Below are positions 23,556 through 36,880 of a stretch of 64,000 nucleotides of DNA, in pieces. The stretch is taken from contig NC_058368.1 in the NCBI RefSeq assembly GCF_018350175.1, positions 228,844,001 to 228,908,000 on the forward strand. Reading direction: 5' to 3'. The number at the start of each line of letters is the position of its first letter. Position 1 is the stretch's first letter. A program made the position numbers and the translations under genes. The stretch is from Felis catus. Its lineage: Eukaryota. The notes below the pieces were generated by a model. It was given only the letters and a program-made list of their open reading frames with translations. It did no database searches and was not told the origin of the DNA.

Positions 23556-23689
23556 ATAGAGGGGGAGACAGAGACTTTCAAGCATGCTCAGGGAGGTGCC
23601 CAACACAGGGCTCGATCTTGACCATGAGATCTTGACCTGAGTGGAAATCAAGAGTTGGGCACTTAACTGACTGAGCTACCCAGGCACCC
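23556..23689 (-). mobile_element. CAN-SINE, degraded
   Basis: gagatcttgacctgagtggaaatcaagagttggg...gagctacccaggcaccc. Confidence 0.85.
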
Positions 23690-24437
23690 TGAGACTGTTT
23701 TTCTAATAATAGATGTGTTAGGATTGGTATGAGAAACACATTTAGTTTCACAACTAATTTTAAAATATTTCAATATTTTAAATTTAATAATTTATGTAAG
23801 ACTTATTGTTTAAATATATTTCACTATATGAGCTATTTTTACTTATACAGATAGATACTTCACAAGCTTGTATTGTTTTCCTTTGCCTCAAGTTTATATC
23901 TTAGCTTTTTTTTTTTTTTGAGTATGTAGAAAGGCTATTATTTTTCTTCTCAGAGTTACAATGCCATATCTGTTGTGTTTAGTTGTTTTTTATCATTCTA
24001 CTTTGCTACTTCCTCTGTGGCATTGATTTTGGCTATGGCTTTATTAACTTTAATATCTTACTTTACAGCAGCCATTTAATTCTTTTGTATTTTTGGCTTG
24101 ATATTTCTTCATTAATTCTTATTTTTATTTGATATCCACATGCAGAGAGCACAGTATTTGGACATCTTTAATGCATACTTTAAAATCCTTTTGAGTCACA
24201 ATTTTATCTACTTACAGGCCAAATATATCTCTTGTGTTTGTTATTTGTTTTCAGTATTTCTTCCCTTTTTATTTTTTCAATATTTTTGAATGGTGATCCA
24301 ATTTCCTCATATCTGTGTGCCTACATGTCTTCCTGAATCATCTATTTGTAGGAAGGCAATTTAGATAGGAGATAGTGAGTGATTCAGGTTATTTAGACAT
24401 CATATTGACTTATCTGACGCTCTTTTGACAAGGAGAG

Positions 24438-24499
24438 TGTGTGTGTGTGCGTGCACACATGCGCACATGCATTGTGTATGTGTGTGTATATGCGTGTGT
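24438..24499. repeat. Mixed (TG/CA/CG) alternating purine-pyrimidine tract
   Basis: gtgtgtgtgtgtgcgtgcacacatgcgcacatgc...tgcgtgtgt. Confidence 0.8.
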
Positions 24500-25674
24500 G
24501 GGTATCCTTAGCAACTCACTGACAGCTGTTTTTCTATTTTTTCTTTACCTATCATTGATGCACAATGTTACATTAGTTTAGGCTTGTAACATAGTGTATC
24601 CATAAGTTTCTACATTATGCTCTAATGGAAGAGTAGACTGAAGCTTGCAAAATAATCTCATTGGTCATCTCCAGGAATGGTCCCTGCTACTGTTCCACGT
24701 TTTCAGATGTCACTCAGGGAGGCGCCTAGAGTCAGTACAATTGTATTTTAAGCATAGATTTTGCTTCCCAGCATGTGCTTCTTAATTTGGAAGATCCTGT
24801 TTCTGCAAGCTCTGTGGAGGTTGTGGGTGCTCTTGTTCTGACCATTCTCAGCCAGATCTAATACTCATTGAAATTGGCAGCCCATCTAGATTTATACTGT
24901 GTTTGGAAAATAAAGGAGTTTTTAAAATCATTAAGAACTGTAATTATCATTTCTGTTCTTCATTTGCTTCATTTTCCTTGCCTTTCATATTGGTTTAGAG
25001 AGCAGAATGAAGGAGAGACACATTTCCTAGGTTATAGCATCAAAGAAAGAATTTTCTGAAAATAGTTAACATACAACACATAGTTGTATGTCCTCTTTTG
25101 GAACAAAAACATCATAAACTTGTTTTATAAAATCCTATTCATGTCTTTTAGTTGTGCATGCAGTCATAAGTAATATATAATTACAGGATATATATTGAAA
25201 TAGTGAATAAGTTATTTCATGAAATATATATTTTGCAACTTGCATTTTATTCAGTATTTTATACTTTAATTTTTTAGTTAAAATTTATAGGTTGCAAAAA
25301 AACATCCACTGATGGACCGTTTTTTACAATTTTGCTACATTTCCTTTTTCATTTATTCTTTTCTACAGATACACGAACATATATAATTTATTTTCTGAAT
25401 AATTTGGTATACAGATAAAGATACTTTGACAGTTTTCTCTAAATAATTCAGTATACATATCCTAAGAACAAGGGTATTTCTTGCATACCACCGTTCAACT
25501 GTCAAAATTAAGAAAGTCTATATTGATGCAAGATAATGATCTTATCCACAATACATAGTCCCAATTTTTCCCATGTTCTCTCTAATGTCCCATAAAGCAG
25601 CATTCCTTATTCTATTATTCACCTACATGACTGAGTTGCGTTTAATTATCAGATAACTTAAAAAATACTTTGAA

Positions 25675-25886
25675 GGGTGCCTGGGTGGCTGAGTAGGTTA
25701 AGTGGCCAACTTCGGCTCAGGTCATGATCTCCCGGTTTGTGAGTTCGAGCCCCGCATGGGGCCTGCTCTGACAGGTTGGAGCCTGGAATCTGCTTCAGAT
25801 TCTGTGTCTCCCTCTCTCTCTGCCCTCTCCCCAATCATGTTCTTTCTCTCCCTCTCTCAAAAATAAATAAACATTAAAAAGAAAAA
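25675..25886 (+). mobile_element. CAN-SINE
   Basis: SINE consensus; TSD aaaaatactttga/aaaaactttga. Confidence 0.95.
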
Positions 25887-26890
25887 ACTTTGACAATCTA
25901 TTTTGATCTATGTTGTTAATTTCATTTTACTACCTTTGTTAATTCCCATTGTTAGATTTTAACAAAAGGTATTGTAATTTTGTTTTCATGTTTTTGGTAG
26001 TATTACCATGAACATATTCCTGCAAAGATCTTTTATTTTAATGCATAACATCACATGGAATACCAAGAATTTGAAGTGCTCATAGTATGCACATAGTCAG
26101 ATTTTTATATATCACATAGTTCCCTCCGAAGTTTTGATACCCACTATAAGTTGTTTGACATTCATCTTTCTCCATGTTCTTTGTAATTCTTTATGCTTAC
26201 AGATTTTTAAATTTTTGCTAATATTATGTTGTGAAATAGTCTCTTCATTTCCTTAATTATTGGATCTGTGCTGTTTTGCTCTGTTTTTAAATTTTTCCTA
26301 TTTGTTTTTGCTTCCTTCCCATATATTCATCTGTTTTGTTTCTTAAATTCCACATATGAATGAAATCATACGGTAGCTGTATCTTGCTAATTTATATTGT
26401 ATTTCTTTTTTATGGCTTGGAGTATTGGATTGAAAAAATTCTAGTAGGGGTTAGATATTAACTCTAATGTATATTGAAAATCATTTTTTAAAAAAAATTC
26501 TGGACTTCTTACATCACTTTTTATGACACATTTGTCATGTAAATTTGTTGTGTAATGTATATATAGTCAAACTTAATGAGATGTCTTCCAGTTCAAAGAA
26601 TGTTAACCTAAATATTCGTGATTTATTGTAAAGATTTCAGTTTTTCTGTTGATGTCTACATCTTTGATTCTGGAAATTTATGTTGTATATGGGAGGAGGT
26701 AAGGATCTAATTTTTTTTCCAAGTGAATAAAAAATTGATAATGCTTATTGTTTTATCCATATTTCTCCATAGATTTGGTAATTCTATTTGTGTCGAATAT
26801 AAAATATTCACATCTACAAGTCTGTTATCGTCACACTATTCTGTGTTAATGCTATATTTGTATATTCTATGTAAAAATATTTTTAAAGAG

Positions 26891-27094
26891 TGGTGCCTGG
26901 GTGGCTTATTAGGTTAAGTGGTGGACTTTGGCTCAGGTCATGATCTCTCAAGGCTCATGAATTTGAAACCCGCGCTGGACTCTGTGCTAATGGTGTAGTG
27001 TCTGCTTGGGATTCTCACTCTCTTCTCCTTCTGCCCCTCCCCGACTCATACTTTCTTTCTCTCTCTCTCTCAAAATAAACAAATAAACTTAAAA
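26891..27094 (+). mobile_element. CAN-SINE
   Basis: SINE consensus. Confidence 0.92.
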
Positions 27095-28588
27095 CAAGTA
27101 TTTTAAATAAAAGCAACAAGAGCATATATATATATATATATATATATGTATGCATTATCTGAGAATTTTACAATTGGTATTATTTTTCAGTGAGTAATCT
27201 CAAATTTAATTTTGCATATGTATTATCTGAAAAAACTAAATTTAAATATCCCCTGCTGTCTCCATCACTACACTAGTTGCTTTAGCATTGATAAGTTGCC
27301 TCATGATTAATTCCAATGAATCTGCTCCCTCAAAGGCAAACAATGCCTTATTTTCATCGTCCAAGGTTAGCTTTACCTCCTGTTGAATTCTATATGGACA
27401 GATTCATCCAGTATGCATTCATTTGTGTGTAGGGTTGGTACTCAGCATAACACTTTGAGAATCACCCATAGTTTACGTCTATAAGTGCTTCATTTCTTCC
27501 TATACTGAGTAGTGTAGACACACAATAGCTTATTTATGCATTCACCTGTTGATGGACACAGGATGTTAGCATTATTAACGATGCTATTTCTATAAGTCTT
27601 TTTGTTAGAAGATGTTTTCACTTATCTTGATAAAATACCAGGGAATGGGATTGCCTTCCATAGAGTAGTTGTTGGCTTTACTATTACCTGCCAGATAGTT
27701 CCATGAAGTGTTGGCAATATTTAAACTTCCGTTAGACACATGATTCATCTCTAGGGGCTCCTGTTTTACATCAACATTTCAAACAATCAGTAGTTTAGAA
27801 TTTGGCAATTCTAATATCTATAAAATGATATCAAGTACCAAAAAGAATGTAGAAGTTTCCAAGTATAATTGTGAGTTTGTCTATTCTTTTGGTTCTCTTC
27901 TTTTGGTATTTGCATCAGATATTTTGAAGATTGTTTTTCAGTATATACACATATGTCACCATCATGTCTTGTTTAATTATCTTCCTTATTATTATGCCAT
28001 GCCCTTCTTTGTCCTTAATAATATTACTTGTTCTGAAATCTGCATTTTTAGGATTACTATGGTCACTTCAACATTCTTTGGGTGAGTGTTTGCATGGTAT
28101 ATAGTTTGCCAACCTTTCACTTTTAATCTATCTTTTCCTTTGAATGTAAATTAAGTTTCTTATAGACACCTTTTAACTAGGTCTTTTTTAATGAAATTAA
28201 AAGCCTGTTTTTTAAAAGTGATTTGCTCAGCACATTTTCATTTAATGTAATTATGTATATGATTGGACAAAATTTACCATCTTGATAGTTGTTTTATCTT
28301 TCTTACATCTGTTCTTATGTCATGTTCTCCTTTATTTTGCCTGCTTATTCATGTTTGTAGTCACATCATATCTGCACTATTGGCTTATACTTACTTTTCT
28401 ATACTTTTGGGTGGCTGCTCTAGAATTTACAATATACATGTGTAACAAACCACAGCCTAACTTCAAATACCGTTATACCATTTGATGTATGTATGGCTTA
28501 AAACTTTTTTTTTAAAGTCTATTTATTATTCCTCCTTCCCATCTTCTGTCCTGTTGTTATCAAATACTTTATTTTTATACATGCCATA

Positions 28589-28916
28589 TGTCTTAGTTCA
28601 GGCTGCTGACACAAATCACCATCACCTGGATGGCTTAAACCACAAAACATTTGTTTCTCACAGTTTGGGAGGCTGGGAAGTGTAAGATCAAGGGGTCAAC
28701 AGACTTGGTGTTTAGTGAAAACTCATTTCCTGGCTTGTAGGTAGCTGTCTTATAGCCCTCATGTGGAGAGCAGAGAGAAGAAGCGCACCAATCCCATGCA
28801 TGCGGGTTCCACTGACATGTCCTGATTACCTCCCAAAGGCTCTATCTCCTAATACCATTGGAATAGGGCTGAGTATTTCAGTATATGAATTGGGGGGAAC
28901 GTGCTCAGTCCACACA
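28589..28916 (-). mobile_element. MLT1A0-like MaLR LTR
   Basis: tgtcttagttcaggctgct...ggaggctgggaagt...attacctcccaaaggc...tatgaattgggggg. Confidence 0.85.
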
Positions 28917-29113
28917 AAATTGCTACTGCTTTTATACTGGACAGACAAGCCTATTTTAGGGCAATTAAAAATGAGACAAAAAATATCTTGTATTTCCCAA
29001 TTATTTTTAACCATTTCAGGGTGTCTTTTTTGGTTTATGTGGATGCCCGCTTCCACCTTAAATTCATTCTTCACGAGGAACACTTTTTACAATTTTTTGT
29101 TGAGAACGTCAAC

Positions 29114-29163
29114 AAAAAAATATCATGAAAAAATATCATGAAAATATCATGAAAAATATCATG
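29114..29163 (+). repeat. Short tandem repeat, 4 x (A)nTATCATG
   Basis: aaaaaaatatcatg aaaaaatatcatg aaaatatcatg aaaaatatcatg. Confidence 0.9.
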
Positions 29164-29383
29164 TATCTTTATTTTTAAAAGATGGTTGTGCTATACTCAG
29201 ACTTGCAAGTGGGCAGTGTTTACCTTTTAGAATTTTAAAGACCTCATCTCATTGTCTTCTGAGTCACCTAGTGGCAGGAAATCTGCTCACAGTCTCAGCT
29301 TTATTCCTCTGCATGTAGAATGTCTTCATTCTCGGATACATTTGCGATTTTTGTTAATCTCTTTGGCTTTGAGGAGTTTAAGG

Positions 29384-29587
29384 TTTTTTTTAATGTTTAT
29401 TTTTGAGAGAGACACACACAGAGTGTGAGTGGGGGAGGGGCAGGGAGAGATGGAGACACAGAATCCAAGCTGGCTCCAGGCTCTGAGCTGTCAGTACAGA
29501 GCCTGACATGGGACTCGAACCCATGAACGGTGAGATCAGACCTGAGCCGAAGTTGGACGCTTAACTGATTGAGCCACCTGGGCATCC
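29384..29587 (-). mobile_element. CAN-SINE
   Basis: SINE consensus; TSD tttgaggagtttaa. Confidence 0.95.
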
Positions 29588-31322
29588 TGGTTTTGAGGAG
29601 TTTAAAAATTATGTGTACAGATTTTTTTCTCTCTGGGTTTTCATTATTATTTTGTTTTTAATTTTTCCTGCTTGGGTTTTCTGAGAATCTTTATTTGTGG
29701 CTTGTTATTTTCCAATGTTTTGAAGAATTATCAGCAATTATCTCTTGGTCTTATTTCTTTGAAACTCTTCATTTCTTCTTTTTCTGGAAGTAGCTTTATG
29801 TATGTTAGAAAGTTTGGCATTGTCTTACATCTGTTGTAGTGTCTGTTTTAAATCTTTATATAATTTTTATGTAATTTATATAATTTTTAAATTTTTGCAG
29901 CATTTTATTTTGGGTCATTTTCATTGACCTATTTTCATCTCCACTGATGCTTCCCTCAGATATAAGGTCAACTGATGAGCCCCCCAAAGCATTATTCACC
30001 TCTATTAAAGGTTGGGGGTTTGTTTTGTTTTTTAGAGGCATGCTCAATTAATTACTCCTTGTAATTTTGATCACTCTGATGAAATCCTTCACATTTTCAT
30101 ACATATTTCCCTTTATTACTAGAGTCTTTAATACATTAATTATAATTATTTTAAACTCTCTGTGTGAGAATGGCATTTCCAAGCCATCTCTGAGTCTACT
30201 TCTATGGATTGTTTTGTCTCTTCACCATGGCTTCATTGTTAGTTGTTTTTCCATGCTTTTTTTAGGTGTTTTGTAATTTTTTATTAAAGGCTAGACATTG
30301 CATGTAAGAGTAGAGATTGATGTAAATGATACTTATGCCCTGAATAGTATTTATCTTCATTCAGAGTTTCTCTTGTACTGGGTGGCAGGCCCTGAGTATG
30401 GGAGGTTGACTCAGTCTAGTCAGGAGAACTGGATTTGGGTTTTGCAGTTGCTTTTGTCATGTTGAACGTTCCTCCAGGGGCACAATTCTCCAGCCTTACC
30501 TTGCATGGACTGTGGCAGCCTGAAGTACCTGAGGAAATTTCTCAGTACTCCTGCTCTCCCTGCAGCTGTCAGACTTTACTGCACATCTATAGATCAAAAG
30601 GAATCTCTATTCATGCATTTGTTCCTCCTTTAATGGCAAACTGTTGTTTGTTACTCAGTATTTTCTGCATTGGTCCCTCCTTACAAGGCCCTTTCTTTCC
30701 TTAGATTTTATACAATTTGAAATGGACTCTTTGGTAACCTAACAAATACTATGATTATTTAGATTATCTGATTTTTCTTGTTTTCACATGGGTAGCAATG
30801 CTTTTTTCCAGTTTTTATCATTCAAAGTATAAATAGGATCCCACATAATTGAAATAAAATAATATACCACATAGATTAATAAAAGCAAAGTTATATCACA
30901 AGTAGTGTATTTAGGATTGACTTTTATAAGTAAACTTCTGAAAGAACATGAAGGTAAAAATGATACATTTTCCCCTGGCTCACTGAAGAGTACAAGTTCC
31001 CAACAGGAAGAATGTATATGGATAATTGTCCTTTCAGTAGGTGAGGAAAGGAAAAACAACGCACATTTCTAAAGAATCAGCAAACTTGCACACATCTATC
31101 TCACTGTCTTGTTTTCAACCAAGTGATCTAAATGTTAAATGGGAATGTAACTTCAGTAATAAAGAAACATATTTTGAAAGGTTTAGATTAAGTATCCACA
31201 GTTAAAATTATTCTTTTCCTCTGGGGAGGGCTTTTTACTAAAAATCTCCAGATGACATATGTATAATAGAAAGATGTTCAAGCTATAGCTACATCTACTT
31301 TCTTTAAAAATCATCAAATATA

Positions 31323-31514
31323 GGAGCACCTGGGTGGCTCAGTGGGTTGAGCATTTGATTTTGTCTGAGGATCTTGCAGTTTGTGAGTTCGAGCCCCACA
31401 TTGGCTCACTGCTGTCAGCCTGTCAGCACAGAGCCCACTTTGGACCCTCTGTCCCCTTCTTTCTGCCCCTCCCCTGCTTGTGCTCTCCCCAAAATAAATA
31501 AATATTAAAAAAAA
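31323..31514 (+). mobile_element. CAN-SINE
   Basis: SINE consensus; TSD aaaaatcatcaaatata. Confidence 0.94.
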
Positions 31515-31893
31515 ATCATCAAATATAGTCTCAACATAGCTCTCTAGGATCTGAAGTCCCAGAAGAAAAAGAGACACCATGATATCCTCTTAGGTATTCA
31601 TGTAATACTCCATTCTAAATAAATATTCTGTGGATTTGCTGGAGGTTATTTACCAACTCTTAAAATATAGCCTCTGGAAAAAAGGGAGAAAACTTCTATT
31701 TGCTAGTCATTATGGCACAGGAAAATGGCCAAAAGACTTTTGGACTTCTGGCCATAATTGGTCGTTACATTTATTATGACTGGAAATTTACATCAATGCT
31801 ATTCACTAATGAGGAGGGAGACAAGGATGTACCTCTAAGATGGAGGTAACCATCTCTCAGATCGCCCGGTCCGTGTAATGATTAATTGGGAAA

Positions 31894-31901
31894 TGACGTC
31901 A
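31894..31901. promoter_or_regulatory. Perfect palindromic CRE (TGACGTCA) in repeat-free DNA
   Basis: Motif read directly; function unproven. Confidence 0.35.
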
Positions 31902-32431
31902 TAAAGATGAAGATTCCACATAGAAATACAGCCCAGTAAGTATCAGAAATTGGAAGTTTTTAGACAAAATTCTCCAAACGTGATTTGCAATCGAACTGTT
32001 TCTTTCAAGGTCATGTCTATAAAGAGTGTTTTAGGTATGTAGACATAATGAAAAAATGGATAAAGATGCTCAGATATTGCTCGCTTGAACATTTGTAGGC
32101 TAATTCATGTAGTCAGTTGTGTAGGAGTTTTACAAGAAATAGAAAACAAGCAAAAGTAAGTTTGGGATATTTGTCTTTGTGGATACCTGCTCCATTTTTC
32201 CTCTGTTCACTAAACTTCCACCTAAGTAACCTCACTTCTGTTGTACTTGGAAGAACAATTGTTTGTTTTGTAATTCACAAATATTGAGGGCAGACATATT
32301 GAAATGCTGGTTGTCGTCACTTTCTGAAAAATATCATGCCACAACAGCAAATATAAAAGATAAACCCAATCACAAGGGTCAGATTTGTTGATTGTAAATA
32401 GAATGTTTGCATCTGTGTAAAAATATACCTC

Positions 32432-32649
32432 TTTTAAATTTTCTTTAACGTTTATTCATTTTTGAGAGACAAAGAGACAGAGCGTGAGTCGTGGAGGGGC
32501 AGAAAGAGAGTGAGACACAGAATCTGAAGCGGGCGCCAGGCTCCGAGCTGTCAGCACAGAGCTCAACACGGGGCTTGAACTCACTGAGCGCAAGATCATG
32601 ACCTGAACTGAAGTCCAACACTTAACTGGCTGAGCCACGCAGGTGCCCC
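32432..32649 (-). mobile_element. CAN-SINE
   Basis: SINE consensus; TSD aaaaatatacctctt/aaaaatatatctctt. Confidence 0.95.
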
Positions 32650-32819
32650 TAAAAATATATCTCTTGGTTCTGTGCAATGATGGTGACATTGACAAACAAT
32701 ATTTATACCCCTTTCTAAATGCCACTTAAATGTGAATTTAAAACTAAATTTTATTATATTATGTTTTACTATAAGAAGAACAATGTAAATAATATAAGGG
32801 TGAACACAAATCACAAGTA

Positions 32820-33490
32820 AGAAAAAAAAATTATACCTGAACCAAGAAAGGGATAGCCTCTTTGAAAGCATTTACTTTAGAAAAACTTATAATTGTGAAT
32901 TCTTTTTTCTGTCCCTTTATGATGTATATAAACCTTTTAAAAGCTAAAAAAAAAAAAAAAAAAAAAAAAACAATTGCTAGTTTTATAACCCTAGAATGTT
33001 ATTTTTAAGGACCTGGAAGCCATCCCTTTGAAATGATTGGGAGATAAAGCCCCTATTTTCTAACTTCCAGATGAGGGTAAGAAGCTAACTTCTGGGTGCC
33101 TGACTCCAAGCTGCAAACCTACATATTTTCACAAATATATTGGAAATATGTTTTTTTCCTTCCTGTAAAGGCAATTAGCAAGTGCAAATGGTCATCTGAT
33201 TACTGGGTGAATTTAGAAAGAACTGTGAGACAGATGATGCTGTCAAGTTCTCTCCTACTTGCAGACTAATTATTGTTTATCCTGAAAACATGTATGTCAT
33301 GGGCTGCTCGGGCTGGCTGTAGAACCGCGAGCTCTCTCTGTCTTTGTGTCTTTAGCGAACTGCCTATGATAAGCATCATGTTCTGGTTGACTGATTTCTC
33401 AGTAATAAAGCCTTTTTGTTCTCTTCTGGTTTCGTGGAGAAATTTCCCGAGTTGGCAGGAGATTTTGTTTTTAATTACATTGTCTCAACA
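32820..33490 (+). mobile_element. ERV1-type solo LTR (MER39/MER34 group-like)
   Basis: aaggacctggaagccatccctttgaaatg motif, AATAAA near 33404, ends ...tctcaaca; 5' boundary uncertain. Confidence 0.6.
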
Positions 33491-34559
33491 ATAATGCTCC
33501 ATTAGTAAGGAATAGTTATGAATAGAAAGTAACAATATTCAAAGCTATGCTTTCTTCCCAAGTCCCCTCCCCATGTTTAGCCCCGTTTCTAATAATACAC
33601 CTGCTTCTTTACCACTACATTTCCCATTTGGAAAGGTATATTATGGCTCCTGACTAGGAATGATGAGGAATTTATGACATTTACACTCCCTTCAATCCTA
33701 CCTCCGACCTGTATAATTCACTGTATTTGCCTATTTTATTTTTTACTCTTAACATTTCCATTTTAATTCAGAATTTAAGCTACAATGGATTTATCTTAAT
33801 AAATCTTCTGCCTCTTCACTATGTCAAACAAGGGAGCTGGTGGTATTGCATTACTTTCTAACCCTCACTGCCAACGTCCACACCTCTTGACTTCTGTCCA
33901 ATGATGTTCTACTATTATCTTTACCTTGTTAACTATGACCAAATCTTCACAGCTCTCACATTGGTTTATTCTTGAAAAAATATGAAGGCGCATAGTATAT
34001 TTAGGATCCTGTGGTGGTGCAGTGGTGACACGGCACACGCTCCATATGTTTCTGTGTGCCAATGTGCTTTCCGTGATTTACCCACCTGATCTTTACGGTA
34101 ATTATATCCAATCAAGGGTACACACTTCCCGTGTTTATTTGGCTCCAACTTCCTCTGAGCCATCAGACATTTGCACAAAGGAAAGTGAAGCCACCCTATA
34201 CTCTATTGTCCGAATACTGACAAAATCTCAGCCTTTTCAAGTTGGGTTCCGGCCTGGCCTCCACTGGGCACACCTGACAGAAAACCTGGACATTGCTGAC
34301 CAGACTCCAGCAAGCTATGGTCACTTCCACCACATCAGGACTAAGAGGTACATGACTGATACCACCAGGCTTTTTCAACTACTGCTCAGAAGAGCCTGGG
34401 GGCAGTGCAGCAGTTTGGGAACATTCATGTTCTATAGGAAATATTTTGACAAGAGACAGGAGATGAGAAGGAGCTGACCGAATACAGTCTTTTCTTTCCT
34501 CATCCCTACCAACTATTCCAAAGCAGGAAGTTTCCATGGAAATTTTCTGCAAGTTCTTT

Positions 34560-34680
34560 CGCACTGGCAGGATAAGTAAAGGGACAAGAAGGCCGCCTAG
34601 CTGAATTTGAATTTCAGATAACACATGATGTTTTACATATATTTTAACTATTTACTTATTTTTATTAGCAGTCACCCTAG
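34560..34680. mobile_element. MER33/MER3-like hAT fragment
   Basis: ctgaatttgaatttcagataa...gcagtcaccctag. Confidence 0.5.
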
Positions 34681-35035
34681 CATTTGCAATATACATCTAT
34701 AATTAATCCAAGTCCCCTTTTACATACACTGTACCACTTAATGGGTAGTGCAAGTACCTTATAATAATAACATATTCTTAATTCTTCCCTCCTGTGTCGT
34801 GTGCCATAGTTCCATCCCTTTAACTTATGCATAATCATTATACGTGTGCACACACACGTGTATGCACAACCACATGCATAATCAAATACATTATTGCTAT
34901 TACTTTTGAAATGTTATCTATTAAATCAATTATGAATAACAAATTAAAAATTTTAGTTTACCTTTCCATAATTTGTCTCAAATGATCTTCCTTCCTTCAT
35001 GTAGAACCATGTTTCTAATGTACATTATTTTCCTT

Positions 35036-35253
35036 CTTTTTCTAAATGTTCGTTTATTCATTTTGAGGGAGAGAGAGAGAGAGCATGTGCAAGTGGGGGA
35101 GGAACAGAGAGAGAGAAAGACAGAGAATCCCAAGCAGGCACTACGCTGTCAGTGCAGAGCCCAATGCAGGGCTTGAACCCAGAAACCATGAGATCATGAA
35201 CTGAGCTGAAATCAAGAGTCAGATGCTTAACCAAATAGCCACCCAGGTGCCCC
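35036..35253 (-). mobile_element. CAN-SINE
   Basis: SINE consensus; TSD ttttccttctttt. Confidence 0.95.
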
Positions 35254-36029
35254 TGTTTTCCTTCTTTTAAGAACCTTGTTAACATTTCTTGCTGGGCAAG
35301 TCAACTGGCATCTCTTAATTTCTGTTTGTCTGGGAAAGTTTTTCTTTTTCACTTTTGCAGTAAAATTTCGCAGGATAAGAATTCTGGGTTGGGGAGGTTT
35401 TTCTTTCTATACTTTATTTCCCCTCACTGCGTTTGCTTGCCTGGCTTCTGAGAAGTCAGGTGTAATTCTTTACTGTTGACACTCTATAGGCAAGGTACTT
35501 TTTCCTCTGATTTTTTGAAAACTTTTTCCCCTATTTTTGATTTTCTGCTGTTTGAATGTGGTATGCCTAGGTGTTTGTGTGCATATTTGTATGCATCTTC
35601 TATAATTGTATTTTGTACAATTTATTCTGCCTAGTGTTCTCTGGCTTCCTGTAGTTAGGTGTCTGACAGTAAATTGGGGAATTCTCAGTCACTCTTGATT
35701 CAATTGCTTCTGTCCTTTCTCTTTTCTTTCTGGTATTTCCGTGTGTATATGTTTCACCTTTTGCAGTTGTTCACAATGCTTGCATATTCTGTTCTGTTTT
35801 TTCCTTTCAATTTTTTTTTGTTTTTCCATTTTGGAAGTTTTTTTTTTTTTAACATGTCCTGAAGCTCAGGGATTCTTTTCTCAGTTGTGGAAAGTTTATC
35901 AAAGGCATTCTTCATATGTGTGACAGTGTTTTCAATCTCTAGCATTTTTCTTTTTTCTTTTTTCTTTTCTTTTCTTCTCTTCTCTTTCTTTTTTTTTCTT
36001 TTCTTTCCTTTCTTTCCTCTCCTCTCCAC

Positions 36030-36186
36030 TCTTTCAAATGTAGTTAACACCCAATGTTAGATTAGTCTCAGGTGTACAACACAGTGATTCAGCTTCTCTG
36101 TATGTTATGTTCTGCTCATCACAAGTGTAACTGTCAGCCTTCACTACACAACACCATCACAATGCCATTGGCTGTATTCCCTATGT
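36030..36186 (-). mobile_element. Carnivore L1 (L1_Carn) short 3' end
   Basis: aatgttagattagtctcaggtgtacaacacagtgattc...ctgtattccctatg, preceded by a CT/T-rich tail. Confidence 0.7.
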
Positions 36187-36671
36187 AACTTTTCTTTTAT
36201 CTCTGCTTACATTACTCAGCTGTTCTTGTATACTGTCTACTTTTTTCCATCACAGCTCTTAGCACATCAATCATAGTTGTTTTAAATCCTAGTCTGATAA
36301 TTTCAGAATCCCTATGTCTGAGTCTGGTGCTGATGTTTGTTCTGTTTCTTTGAATCTTATTTGTTGTCTTTTAGTATTCCTTCTAATGTTTTGTTGAGAG
36401 GTGGACAGGATGTACTAAGTAAATGCTGGTAAACAGGCCTTTAGTGATGTGATGGTAAGACGTGGGGAAAGAGAAAGTGTTCTATAGTCTTATGATTAGA
36501 TCTCAGACTTTTAGTGAGCCTGTACCTTTAATGAGACTATGAACTTCACATGTATCTCTCAGTACCTCCCCCAACCCTTAGGGGATTTGTCCTCAAAATA
36601 ATTTGCTCTCAATCTTGAGAAAAAAAAATTGAATTTATTCTAAATTTCTGTGCTACTGATAAGAAATATTT

Positions 36672-36880
36672 GGTACGCCTGAGTGCTCAGTCAGTTAAGC
36701 ATTTGACTTTGTCTCAGGCCATGATCTCTTAGTCTGTGAGTTCGAGCCCCACATTGGGCTGTGTGCTGACAGCTTGGAGTCCGGAGCCTGCTTCAGATTC
36801 TGTGTCTCCCTTTCCCTCTGCCCCATCTCTGCTCACGCTTTGTCTGTCTCTCTGTCTCAAAAATAAACATTAAAAAACAA
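36672..36880 (+). mobile_element. CAN-SINE
   Basis: SINE consensus; TSD aagaaatatt. Confidence 0.93.

Larger units (their letters stand above)
27300..30785 (-). mobile_element. Long degraded ancestral L1 (L1M-type) segments, interrupted by MLT1 and a SINE
   Basis: T-rich antisense L1 motifs, e.g. cattcacctgttgatggaca, gtgtttgcatggtata...cctttcacttttaatcta, gtttcttatagaca. Confidence 0.6.
34680..36580 (-). mobile_element. Degraded L1 (L1MC/L1M) ORF1-region segment
   Basis: Antisense L1 motifs; ORF 35754..36050 ends in ORF1p-like MLEIENTVTHMKNAFDKL. Confidence 0.7.
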
